Assembly: GCA_046757525.1 (NCBI GenBank)
Contig: JBHHYI010000001.1
Span: 106,723 to 170,722 of the forward strand
Length of the DNA: 64,000 nt
Origin: a bacterium
GTDB lineage: Bacteria; Zhuqueibacterota; Zhuqueibacteria; Oceanimicrobiales; Oceanimicrobiaceae
Direction: 5' to 3'
Under the pieces are notes generated by a model. It was not told the origin of the DNA, did no database searches, and saw only the letters and a list, made by a program, of their open reading frames with translations. Positions within the stretch are counted from its first letter, which is position 1, and every line of letters starts with the position of its first letter. Positions 28,771 to 37,434 of this stretch are shown here, piece by piece. A program made the position numbers and the translations under genes.

Positions 28771-30414
28771 ATGATGCGCTCATTATTTTCAGGTGTGTCT
28801 GGTTTACGTAACCAGCAAATTAAGATGGACGTCATTGGTAATAACATTGCAAATGTGAACACCATAGGCTTCAAGGGATCGAAGGTGAATTTCCTCGAGG
28901 AAGTGGGACAAGTATTAGCCAGAGGGGGCACCTCGGTGGCAGGCGGTTCTTTCAATGCAGTGCAAGTTGGCCTGGGGGTAAAAACCGGCAGCGTGGATCG
29001 GCAGTATTCCCAGGGGATTCTTCAAACCACCGGAAATGTGACTGACCTGGGGCTTCAGGGCAATGGCTTCTTCGTGGTTGGTGACTCTGACCGACAGTTC
29101 TTTACCCGGGCCGGGAACTTTCATTACGACAGTCAGGGCCGGTTGATGACTACCACCGGACTCTTTGTCAAGGGCTGGATGGCAGATCCAACAGGGGAAT
29201 TATCCAAGAGCTCGACCCTTACTGAGATTGTTGTAGACCCGTCCTTGGTGTCTCCCGCCAAGGCCACAACGAAAATCTCCCTTGCCGGCAACTTAGATGC
29301 CAGCGCGGTTCCGGTACAAGAGGTCTGGACGGCGGGTAAGGTGTTGACGGTGGCTGCAAGCGGAAACCCGGCGGTGGGAACCACCGACCTGAATGCGTTG
29401 ACTCAAACCACAACGCCTCTGGTTGCCGGAGACACGATTACCATTACTGGTACAAATCCGGACGGTTCGGCGGTAAGCGGTACTTTCACCTACGGCGCCA
29501 GCAACGACGGAACTACCGTCGATGATTTCCTGGCTGTCATAAATTCCGCTTACAGCGGAGCGACTGCGACATTAGACAGCGGCAAAATCGTCCTGACCGA
29601 TGACAACTTTGGCGCCAGCGATTTGACCATAGTCCTGGCTAACGGGGCTTCGAACACCGGGGTCATTTCCTTACCGAGCTTTGTGAATTCAGCCGAAGGC
29701 TTCACGCCGAAAACGACCGCCTCGACGGTCATTTATGACAGTTTGGGCACGCCACACACCGCCAACATTGAATTCACGAAAACAGAAAACGAGCGCGAAT
29801 GGCGCTTCACGGTGACTCTGTCTGGTAGCGAAACCGTCTTAGAAGGGGGTTCGGGAACTTTAACGTTCAAACCTGATGGTTCAATAGAAACAATTGCTTA
29901 CGACGGTGCTGAATCTGCCTTCAAATTCGATCCCAACAACGGAGCCAATCCCGTAGCCATAAACTTGGATTTTGGCAACGCGTCTGGCGTCAATGGTCTG
30001 ACCCAGTTCGATGGCAGTTCAAACGTCATCATCCCGACTCAAGACGGACAACCACACGGAGCCTTGTCATCGCTGTCGATTGACGAAAGTGGTCGAATTA
30101 TTGGTTCGTTCACCAACGGCAATAATCGTTTGATTGCTCAGATAGCGCTGGCGAAGTTCAACAACCCGGGCGGTCTGGTTCACCTGGGCAACAACATATT
30201 TGAAAAGACCGAGGGATCGGGTAGCCCGCTGATTGGCAAAGCTGGCGAGGATATCAGCACGGCCGTCATCTCGGGTAGTCTGGAATCTTCGAATGTGGAT
30301 TTAGCCGAGGAGTTCTCTGAAATGATCATTGCGCAGCGAGCCTTTCAGGCGAACGCGCGAACGATCACAGTTAGCGATCAATTCCTCAACGAAGTCGTTC
30401 AGTTGAAGAGATAA
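28771..30414 (+). CDS. flgE: Flagellar hook protein FlgE
   Basis: 547 aa. N-terminal FSGVSGLRNQQ…IANVNT, C-terminal …AQRAFQANARTITVSDQ…. Confidence 0.9.
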   Translation: MMRSLFSGVSGLRNQQIKMDVIGNNIANVNTIGFKGSKVNFLEEVGQVLARGGTSVAGGSFNAVQVGLGVKTGSVDRQYSQGILQTTGNVTDLGLQGNGFFVVGDSDRQFFTRAGNFHYDSQGRLMTTTGLFVKGWMADPTGELSKSSTLTEIVVDPSLVSPAKATTKISLAGNLDASAVPVQEVWTAGKVLTVAASGNPAVGTTDLNALTQTTTPLVAGDTITITGTNPDGSAVSGTFTYGASNDGTTVDDFLAVINSAYSGATATLDSGKIVLTDDNFGASDLTIVLANGASNTGVISLPSFVNSAEGFTPKTTASTVIYDSLGTPHTANIEFTKTENEREWRFTVTLSGSETVLEGGSGTLTFKPDGSIETIAYDGAESAFKFDPNNGANPVAINLDFGNASGVNGLTQFDGSSNVIIPTQDGQPHGALSSLSIDESGRIIGSFTNGNNRLIAQIALAKFNNPGGLVHLGNNIFEKTEGSGSPLIGKAGEDISTAVISGSLESSNVDLAEEFSEMIIAQRAFQANARTITVSDQFLNEVVQLKR

Positions 30415-30434
30415 TTTATTGAATGTTAAAACAT

Positions 30435-30494
30435 CTGGGTGTGGGAAGAGTCGCGCTTGCGTTGGTAAATCCCACACCCAGGTCCTTTTGATTA
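30435..30494 (+). terminator. Strong hairpin (12-bp perfect stem CTGGGTGTGGGA / TCCCACACCCAG, 23-nt loop) followed by a T-rich tract, between flgE and motA; candidate partial terminator or attenuator
   Basis: Stem arms at 30435-30446 and 30470-30481, then GTCCTTTTGATTAATT. Confidence 0.5.
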
Positions 30495-30516
30495 ATTCAA
30501 ATGGGTTGCTTTTGAA

Positions 30517-31308
30517 ATGGATAAGTCAACTGTTATTGGAATCGTTGCTGGCATGCTCCTTTTGGGCATCTCCCTTTTCATGGGCACAGGGTGGCAGATG
30601 TTTTTCAGCTTGCCTTCTTTTCTCATCGTGGTTGGAGGCACCATAGCTGCCACATTGGTCAATTTTCCTTTGAACGATGTAATTAGTGTCATGAAAATAA
30701 CCCAAAAGGTGCTGCTGCACAAGTCAATTGCTCCGGAAACCTACATCGAGAGGATTGTGCAGTTGGCAAAAAAGGCAAGATCCAACGGCCTGTTAGCCAT
30801 CGAGCAGGATTTAGATGAGATCGACATGGATTTCTTGAAGTCAGGGTTGCAACATGTCATCAATGGCGCGGAGCCCGAAGACCTTCGCAATATCTTGGAG
30901 ATGGATCTTTATGTGATGACCAAAAGGCATGATATCGGACAAAAAATGTTTCTCGCCATGGGGACCTACGCGCCCGCCTTTGGTATGATTGGGACATTAA
31001 TAGGTCTGATCAAGATGTTGCAAAGTTTGGAGGACCCTACTGGAATCGGTCCCGGCATGGCCCTGGCCATGGTAACGACTTTTTATGGCGCACTGCTTGC
31101 CAATCTCTTTTTCCTGCCAATGGCCGGGAAATTAAAACATCGCTCCGGAGAAGAGACCATTTTCAAAGAGATGTTGTTGCAGGGCATACTGTCCATGCAA
31201 GCCGAAGAATCGCCAAGAGTAATCAAGAACAAGCTGTTAACTTACCTGGCGCCTAATACGAGAAATAACGGGAAGCACGCAGAAAAAGAGGTAAAGACCA
31301 GTGAGTGA
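30517..31308 (+). CDS. motA: Flagellar stator protein MotA (MotA/TolQ/ExbB family)
   Basis: 263 aa. Four TM helices and the conserved C-terminal channel region. Confidence 0.85.
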   Translation: MDKSTVIGIVAGMLLLGISLFMGTGWQMFFSLPSFLIVVGGTIAATLVNFPLNDVISVMKITQKVLLHKSIAPETYIERIVQLAKKARSNGLLAIEQDLDEIDMDFLKSGLQHVINGAEPEDLRNILEMDLYVMTKRHDIGQKMFLAMGTYAPAFGMIGTLIGLIKMLQSLEDPTGIGPGMALAMVTTFYGALLANLFFLPMAGKLKHRSGEETIFKEMLLQGILSMQAEESPRVIKNKLLTYLAPNTRNNGKHAEKEVKTSE

Positions 31309-32005
31309 TCGGAAAAACAACTGCAATTGTGAAGAAGACGATACCCCGTCGTCGCCAGCGTGGATGACCACCTACGGTGACATGATGACTCTGCTGATGA
31401 CGTTTTTCATCTTGATCATGTCATTTTCGTCGATTCAAATCGACAAGTTCAAGGCGGCCATGGGCTCGTTGCAGGGGGCTTTTGGTGTATTAGGCCACTC
31501 CAAAGAGGTCAACGTGGACCGCAGTTGGTTTTCTCCCTTCATGGTCGATATGAAAAGAGAGAAGATATTGAACCAGGTAGACAACTTGCGGGAACTGCTT
31601 GAAAAAAACAATTTGGAAGATTCTATTGAATTATCTGGATCGGATACGGAGGTGACCATCCGCTTCAAAGACCACATTCTCTTTCCCTCCGGGGGGGCAG
31701 AGTTAAAGCCGTCATTTTTGCCCATATTCAAGAAAATCACTCGCATCATCATAAAGGGTGCAGGAGAAGTCAAAGTAGAAGGACATACCGATAATCTCCC
31801 AATTCACACCAGCCAATATCCGTCTAATTGGGAATTATCAATTGCCCGGGCGCTGAGCGTGCTCAGATATCTGGTACAGGAAGAAGGCCTCAATCCGACA
31901 AAGCTTTCTGCAGCGGGATTCAGCCAATTTCGTCCTTTAGTTCCTAACAATTCTCCCGATAATCGTGCCAAAAACAGAAGGGTAGAAATTCATCTGAGAT
32001 GGTGA
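31301..32005 (+). CDS. motB: Flagellar stator protein MotB (OmpA-like C-terminal domain)
   Basis: N-terminal TM with a conserved Asp (…TYGDMMTLLM…). C-terminal OmpA/MotB peptidoglycan-binding domain. Confidence 0.85.
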   Translation: MSDRKNNCNCEEDDTPSSPAWMTTYGDMMTLLMTFFILIMSFSSIQIDKFKAAMGSLQGAFGVLGHSKEVNVDRSWFSPFMVDMKREKILNQVDNLRELLEKNNLEDSIELSGSDTEVTIRFKDHILFPSGGAELKPSFLPIFKKITRIIIKGAGEVKVEGHTDNLPIHTSQYPSNWELSIARALSVLRYLVQEEGLNPTKLSAAGFSQFRPLVPNNSPDNRAKNRRVEIHLRW

Positions 32006-32037
32006 GGGTTTTGCTCAAAAAGAGAGGCGAATGAAGC

Positions 32038-32544
32038 ATGGCAGACGACACCAATAAAAATAAAGAATTAGAAAAAACATCCGATGTAAAGAAGGGAAGG
32101 AATGGGAAAATTCTAAAAATACTGTTGATCCCGATCATTTTGGTTGTGCAGGCTGGCGTAGCCTATTTTGTGGTGGTTAACTATTTAATCGGTAAACCTG
32201 AGAATCCTCAAAGCAAACCCTCAAAGCAGCACAACCAGGAGGTAGGGCAGTTCTTAGAAATTAAGGACATCGTCGTCAATCCGGCGGGCACCCTGGGAAG
32301 AAGGTTTCTGGTCGCTGAAATGGGATTGGAAACACATAATCCTGATTTAATCGAAGAGGCTGAAACCAAGAGAATCTGGATAAGAGACGCAGTCTTATCC
32401 TTTTTGCGAGAACAGACTTCCGAAGAACTGCTCGATCTTTCCAAGAGGGAGGCCCTGAAAGCAAAACTTTTGCAGGTCGTCAACAAAAAACTGACGAAAG
32501 CTAAATTTGAGAAGTTGTACTTCACCAAATACATCATGCAATGA
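32038..32544 (+). CDS. fliL: Flagellar basal body-associated protein FliL
   Basis: 168 aa, single TM, FliL family. Confidence 0.8.
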   Translation: MADDTNKNKELEKTSDVKKGRNGKILKILLIPIILVVQAGVAYFVVVNYLIGKPENPQSKPSKQHNQEVGQFLEIKDIVVNPAGTLGRRFLVAEMGLETHNPDLIEEAETKRIWIRDAVLSFLREQTSEELLDLSKREALKAKLLQVVNKKLTKAKFEKLYFTKYIMQ

Positions 32545-33011
32545 CCCAAGAGGCGCTTATGGCAGAAGAGATGGAACAAGTGGCCGACACTCCGGCACCA
32601 GGAGATGCTTTGGCAGAACAAGGTGCTGCTGACCCACCCGCTGAACAGGCTGATACCAGTTCGGCCGCTGAGAAACCGGAATCTATTGCAAAGCCGGAGA
32701 GGCCTGACAGTGAAAGCGATGACAACGGCCAGGAACTCCTGGGGTTCGATCAGAATAATCTGGGGCTGCTCATGGACGTTTCGCTGCAAGTTACCGTGGA
32801 GCTTGGTCGCAAAGAAATGCAGTTCGGGGAAATATTGCAGTTGGGCAAGGGTTCAGTAATCGAGTTGAATAAGATGGCCGAAGATCCCATCGCCATTTAC
32901 GTAAACCAGAGCAAAATAGCACAAGGCGAGGTCGTGGTGGTTGACGAGCATTTTGGAGTCCGCATTACGAAGTTGATGAACCGTTCCAACGTGATACGCA
33001 ACCTGGGTTGA
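32541..33011 (+). CDS. fliN: Flagellar motor switch protein FliN (SpoA domain) with an acidic N-terminal extension
   Basis: C-terminal SpoA domain …LQVTVELGRKEMQFGEILQLGKGSVIELN…. Confidence 0.85.
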   Translation: MTQEALMAEEMEQVADTPAPGDALAEQGAADPPAEQADTSSAAEKPESIAKPERPDSESDDNGQELLGFDQNNLGLLMDVSLQVTVELGRKEMQFGEILQLGKGSVIELNKMAEDPIAIYVNQSKIAQGEVVVVDEHFGVRITKLMNRSNVIRNLG

Positions 33012-33014
33012 CAA

Positions 33015-33533
33015 ATGAACAAGAAAAGAGGCCTTACCCTTGTCGGGGTGATTTTTTTTTTGTTGGCTTTGCTCATCGGGATGTACAAATTGGAGGCGCA
33101 GCTCGCTGACAAAAATCGAGAAGAAGGTGCCAAACCTCAAGTAGTACAACCTTCGCAGGCTCCTCAAAATGATTCTTGCTCCGATCCAGGTTATCTGTTG
33201 CTTAAAGCAGCCGCACTCATTGTCATATTCTCGGTGGTCCTTTATTTCCTGTTGAGAAGCAGCAAGAACTTTATTTTCACCAAAACGTTTGCTGGGAGTT
33301 CGTCGGGAATCCAGATTAAGGGAAGCAAGATAATAGGTCCGCACAAATGGCTTTATATCGTTGACGTACTTGGCCATATCCTGCTTTTGGGAGTTACCGA
33401 AAAGCAGGTTACCGTGCTTTTGGATATGCCTTTTGAGAACCTGAGCGAAGAAGAAAAAAGATTGTGGAACGACGAAGTAAAAACTTCAGAACCAAACTTC
33501 AAGAAGCTTTTGCATCATTGGCTTAGGAAGTAG
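33015..33533 (+). CDS. fliO: Flagellar biosynthesis protein FliO (FliZ-like)
   Basis: 172 aa, single N-terminal TM, position before fliP. Confidence 0.6.
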   Translation: MNKKRGLTLVGVIFFLLALLIGMYKLEAQLADKNREEGAKPQVVQPSQAPQNDSCSDPGYLLLKAAALIVIFSVVLYFLLRSSKNFIFTKTFAGSSSGIQIKGSKIIGPHKWLYIVDVLGHILLLGVTEKQVTVLLDMPFENLSEEEKRLWNDEVKTSEPNFKKLLHHWLRK

Positions 33534-33537
33534 CCCT

Positions 33538-34302
33538 ATGGACCAGAGATCGCGGATATGGAAGTCCTGCCTGTTGCTTGGACTCGTGGCCTTGCTGCTA
33601 CTCACTTCGTTTCATTCCCTTTCTGCGCAACCTTTGCCAAAGATTACCCTGGAATTTCCCAAGCAAACAGGCAAGCAAGATACGTCGTTGGCGATTCAAA
33701 TTCTTTTCTTGATTACGGTTCTGTCGATTGCGCCGGCGATTTTGGTCATGATGACTTCGTTTACGCGCCTGGTGATCGTGTTTCATTTTCTGCGGATGGC
33801 TCTGGGGACTCAGCAATCGCCTGGCAATCAAATCATCATTGGACTGTCTCTGTTTTTGACTTACTTCATCATGCAGCCGGTTTGGAATGAAATTAATCAA
33901 AGCAGTATTCAGCCTTATTTGCAGGACAAAGTCACGCAGCAACAGGCTTTGAACAACGCTCTAAAACCGGTTCGCAAGTTCATGTTTAAAGAGACCCGCG
34001 AAAAGGACCTCATGCTTTTCGTGAAATTAGCAAAAATTCAAAGACCGAAAACCCGGGAGAATTTGCCGACTTATGTGCTAATTCCGTCGTTCATAATCAG
34101 TGAGTTGCGCATTGCCTTTCAGATCGGCTTTATGGTTTACCTGCCCCTGGTGTTGATCGACCTCATCGTGGGCGTAATCTTGATGTCCATGGGCATGATG
34201 ATGTTGCCGCCGATTATGATTTCGTTACCGTTCAAGATTCTGCTCTTCATCCTGGTCGATGGGTGGCATCTGGTGGTGCAGTCGGTGGTTTCCGGATTTT
34301 GA
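33538..34302 (+). CDS. fliP: Flagellar biosynthesis protein FliP
   Basis: 254 aa. Signal peptide plus the conserved FliP membrane core. Confidence 0.9.
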   Translation: MDQRSRIWKSCLLLGLVALLLLTSFHSLSAQPLPKITLEFPKQTGKQDTSLAIQILFLITVLSIAPAILVMMTSFTRLVIVFHFLRMALGTQQSPGNQIIIGLSLFLTYFIMQPVWNEINQSSIQPYLQDKVTQQQALNNALKPVRKFMFKETREKDLMLFVKLAKIQRPKTRENLPTYVLIPSFIISELRIAFQIGFMVYLPLVLIDLIVGVILMSMGMMMLPPIMISLPFKILLFILVDGWHLVVQSVVSGF

Positions 34303-34324
34303 TGGAATTGGAGGTGCGTACGCA

Positions 34325-34594
34325 ATGACGACGGATTTCGTACTTTATTGGGGGCAACAAACTGTTAAGACTGCGCTGCTAATCACGGCACCGATTTTGA
34401 TTGGCGGCATGCTGGTTGGCCTGATCATCGGAATCTTTCAGGCAGTCACACAGATACACGAAATGACTCTGTCGTTTATTCCCAAGATGGCGGTCGTCAT
34501 TCTCATCATTCTCTTTTTGATGCCGTGGATGTTGGGTGTCTTGACCGATTTTGCCAGCCATGCATTTTCGCAAATATCTGTGATTTCTCATTGA
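34325..34594 (+). CDS. fliQ: Flagellar biosynthesis protein FliQ
   Basis: ORF 34259-34594 trimmed to ATG 34325, giving 89 aa (MTTDFVLYWGQQTV…). Confidence 0.85.
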   Translation: MTTDFVLYWGQQTVKTALLITAPILIGGMLVGLIIGIFQAVTQIHEMTLSFIPKMAVVILIILFLMPWMLGVLTDFASHAFSQISVISH

Positions 34595-34595
34595 G

Positions 34596-35381
34596 ATGCT
34601 CAACGAAATATTAGCACTGTCGAATCAACAATTCGTCGCTTTTTTTTTGGCCTTTTTGCGTATATTGGCGCTGATTTTTGTTGCACCAATTTTAGGCTCC
34701 AGGTCGATTCCAATTCAAAGCAAGATTTTTTTTGCGATGTTTTTGTCGATTTGTGTTTGGCCGCTGATCAAGAACCAGCCAGTGACGCCGAATTTAGAGT
34801 TGACCGCGCTGACCTTTCTGTCGGCGCGGGAAGTATTGTTGGGGTTGTTCTTTGGGTACAATGCCAAGCTGATCTTCGAGGGTTTTCAGTTTGCAGGTCG
34901 ATTGATTGGAAATCAAATGGGGTTAGGAGTTGCCGAGTTAATAGACCCGGAGAGCGGTGTACAGGTCTCTTCAATAGGCAACTTCTATAACCTCATCGGT
35001 GTTGTTCTTTTCTTAACGCTGAACGGGCATCACTACCTTCTCACGGCGCTGTACAAAAGCTTCGAGATAGCCCCGGTGGGTTCAGGCCGATTGGTGAGTG
35101 TTCTCGCAAAAGAGCGACTGCTGTCGAATTTTGACGACATTTTCACCGTTGCCATTAAGCTTGCGGCGCCATCGATGGCCGTTTTGTTTCTTATTGAAGT
35201 CGGCATGGGAATTTTAGCAAGGATTGTTCCGCAAATGAATATATTTTTTATCGGGTTACCCGTTAGACTCGGGTTAGGGATGTTCATTCTCGTGGCTTCA
35301 CTCCCGATGTTTTATATTCTTTTCCAGACTATTCTTAAAGCATGGCAAGGAAAAGTCACTGGTTTAATGCTGCTATTTTAG
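34596..35381 (+). CDS. fliR: Flagellar biosynthesis protein FliR
   Basis: 261 aa, polytopic membrane protein after fliQ. Confidence 0.85.
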   Translation: MLNEILALSNQQFVAFFLAFLRILALIFVAPILGSRSIPIQSKIFFAMFLSICVWPLIKNQPVTPNLELTALTFLSAREVLLGLFFGYNAKLIFEGFQFAGRLIGNQMGLGVAELIDPESGVQVSSIGNFYNLIGVVLFLTLNGHHYLLTALYKSFEIAPVGSGRLVSVLAKERLLSNFDDIFTVAIKLAAPSMAVLFLIEVGMGILARIVPQMNIFFIGLPVRLGLGMFILVASLPMFYILFQTILKAWQGKVTGLMLLF

Positions 35382-35392
35382 GAGTAATCATC

Positions 35393-36283
35393 ATGGAATT
35401 AATTATTGAAGAATTAGATTCTAAGCTCATTGGGAAGAAATTAGGGCAAAACCTCTACAATTCAAAGGGGAGCCTGCTGTTGCGCAAGGGGGCAGAAATC
35501 GAGATGTTGCATTTTGCCCATCTCAAGAGTCTGGGTTACCAGAGTGTCTATGTGCTCAATGGTAATTCCGCAGATTTGGACCAGGATGGGGAAATTATTT
35601 CCGGGCACCTGCGTGCGAAGGGGCCGCACGAGCTCAAAGGCATCTTTAGAAAGTTGCTGACGGATGACAGAAGACAGATTGCAACCGCGAAAAAAGAGGT
35701 TTTCGTGTTAGCGGAAAATATACTCAAATCAGTTAATTTGAAAAAGCACGAGGGATCGAAGATCCTGGACTTAAAAAGACAGGGGGATTATCTCTGTCAA
35801 CATTCAATCAATGTGGCTGCTTACTCAATCCTCATCGGCACCTGTCTGTCCTACCATCAGTTGAAATTGTCTGATTTGGCCGTGGCAGCTTTATTGCACG
35901 ATTTTGGCATGCTATTCATAGACGAATCGCTGTTAAATAAGTCGACGGCACTAACTGAAAGCGAATCAGAATTAATCAAAGAGCACACGGTAAAGGGCTT
36001 TCAACACCTGGGCCGCAATTGTTCCTTTAAAGGCCTGGTTACGGTCGTGGCCTTGCAACATCATGAACGCTACGATGGCCTTGGTTATCCCAAAGGTTTA
36101 GTCGGCGAGGAACCGCACGAATTTTCGCGTATCGTTGCCCTGGCCAATTTTTTTGACGCGTACACCTCAGACCGACCCTATCGCCGCATGCATACCATTG
36201 ACGCTGCGTTGCAGGTCATTCAAGATGAAGTGGGCACGGCATTTGATCCTAACCTGGTGCAGCATTTCTTGAAGTATTTCTAA
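35393..36283 (+). CDS. HD-GYP domain protein (putative c-di-GMP phosphodiesterase) embedded between fliR and flhB
   Basis: HD motif …LLHDFGM… and HHERYDGLGYP (the GYP signature). Start trimmed to ATG 35393 (MELIIEEL…), which has an AGGAG box. Confidence 0.75.
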   Translation: MELIIEELDSKLIGKKLGQNLYNSKGSLLLRKGAEIEMLHFAHLKSLGYQSVYVLNGNSADLDQDGEIISGHLRAKGPHELKGIFRKLLTDDRRQIATAKKEVFVLAENILKSVNLKKHEGSKILDLKRQGDYLCQHSINVAAYSILIGTCLSYHQLKLSDLAVAALLHDFGMLFIDESLLNKSTALTESESELIKEHTVKGFQHLGRNCSFKGLVTVVALQHHERYDGLGYPKGLVGEEPHEFSRIVALANFFDAYTSDRPYRRMHTIDAALQVIQDEVGTAFDPNLVQHFLKYF

Positions 36284-36292
36284 TCGAAAATC

Positions 36293-37360
36293 ATGGCGGA
36301 AGATTCTTTTCAGGAAAAAACCGAACAGGCAACTCCAAAACAGTTAGAGAAAGCCCGTGAAGAAGGAAATGTTGCCAAAAGCGCAGAACTGAACTCCGTT
36401 TTTGTCCTTTTTATTGGGCTCATGATCCTCTATTTCTTGAGTGGAAAGATTTTAAGTCAATCCGTCGACCTCTTCAAGTTTTTTTACAGTCAGGCAGGTC
36501 ACGTCGCGATCAATCAAAGCAGCATCCTGTACTACTTTACCCTGTGTTTAAAATTTTTGGTTAGTCTGGTGACGCCTCTCGTGATTGGTCTCATAGTTGT
36601 GGGCTTAGGGGTAAATTGGGCACAGTTTGGATTTTTGTTTAGCACCAAGCCGCTTACACCAAACTTCCAAAAAATCAATCCCATTTCAGGACTCAAGAAT
36701 TTTGTTTCCCTCAAGTCGTTGGTCGAGTTGTTGAAAGGAATCATCAAGATCACCGTTGTAGGGCTTATCGCCTACCGTACGATTTCGAACCAGCAGGAAC
36801 GCTACCTTCTTCTGATGAATGAAAGCGTTGGCAATATTTTGAAATTCATCGGCTCCACAGTGTTCAAGGTGGCTATGAATACGACCGCGGCTTTGTTGTT
36901 TTTAGCTGTTTTAGATTTCTTATATCAGAGGTGGCAGTACAAAAAGGACCTGATGATGTCCAAACAGGATGTGAAAGAAGAGCAGAAGGAATCTGAAGGG
37001 AACCCGCTGATTAAGAGCGCCATCCGCAGCCTGCAACGGGCACGTGCCAGACAGCGCATGATGGATGCTGTGCCCCAGGCAGATGTGGTCGTGACCAACC
37101 CGACCCGCTTAGCCATCGCACTGAAGTATGATCCGGAGGCTATGGACGCGCCAGTGGTCCTGGCAAAAGGCTCCAGACTCATCGCTGCCAGAATTAAAGA
37201 AATCGCGCAAAAACACGGTATCCCAATCTATGAGAACAAACCTCTGGCACAATCGCTGTTCAAAATCAGCAAGGTTGGTCAACAGATTCCTTTTGAACTT
37301 TTTCACGTTGTGGCAGAAGTGTTCGCTTACGTTTATCAGCTAAAACAGAACAAGAACTAA
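36293..37360 (+). CDS. flhB: Flagellar biosynthesis protein FlhB
   Basis: 355 aa. NPTRLA autocleavage motif (…VVTNPTRLAIAL…). Confidence 0.9.
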   Translation: MAEDSFQEKTEQATPKQLEKAREEGNVAKSAELNSVFVLFIGLMILYFLSGKILSQSVDLFKFFYSQAGHVAINQSSILYYFTLCLKFLVSLVTPLVIGLIVVGLGVNWAQFGFLFSTKPLTPNFQKINPISGLKNFVSLKSLVELLKGIIKITVVGLIAYRTISNQQERYLLLMNESVGNILKFIGSTVFKVAMNTTAALLFLAVLDFLYQRWQYKKDLMMSKQDVKEEQKESEGNPLIKSAIRSLQRARARQRMMDAVPQADVVVTNPTRLAIALKYDPEAMDAPVVLAKGSRLIAARIKEIAQKHGIPIYENKPLAQSLFKISKVGQQIPFELFHVVAEVFAYVYQLKQNKN

Positions 37361-37434
37361 TACAACCCTTAACAGGAAGAACGCACCTTTTGTACGGTTA
37401 TCCACTTTGAGCTAACTTCTATTTTTAGAATAGC

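Noticed and set aside
30419-30646. 75-aa plus-strand ORF spanning the flgE-motA hairpin
   Set aside because: It is built from the inverted repeat and overlaps the motA start. It is better explained as an RNA structure.
32208-32789. 193-aa minus-strand ORF across fliL/fliN
   Set aside because: Antisense to two conserved flagellar genes. No motifs.
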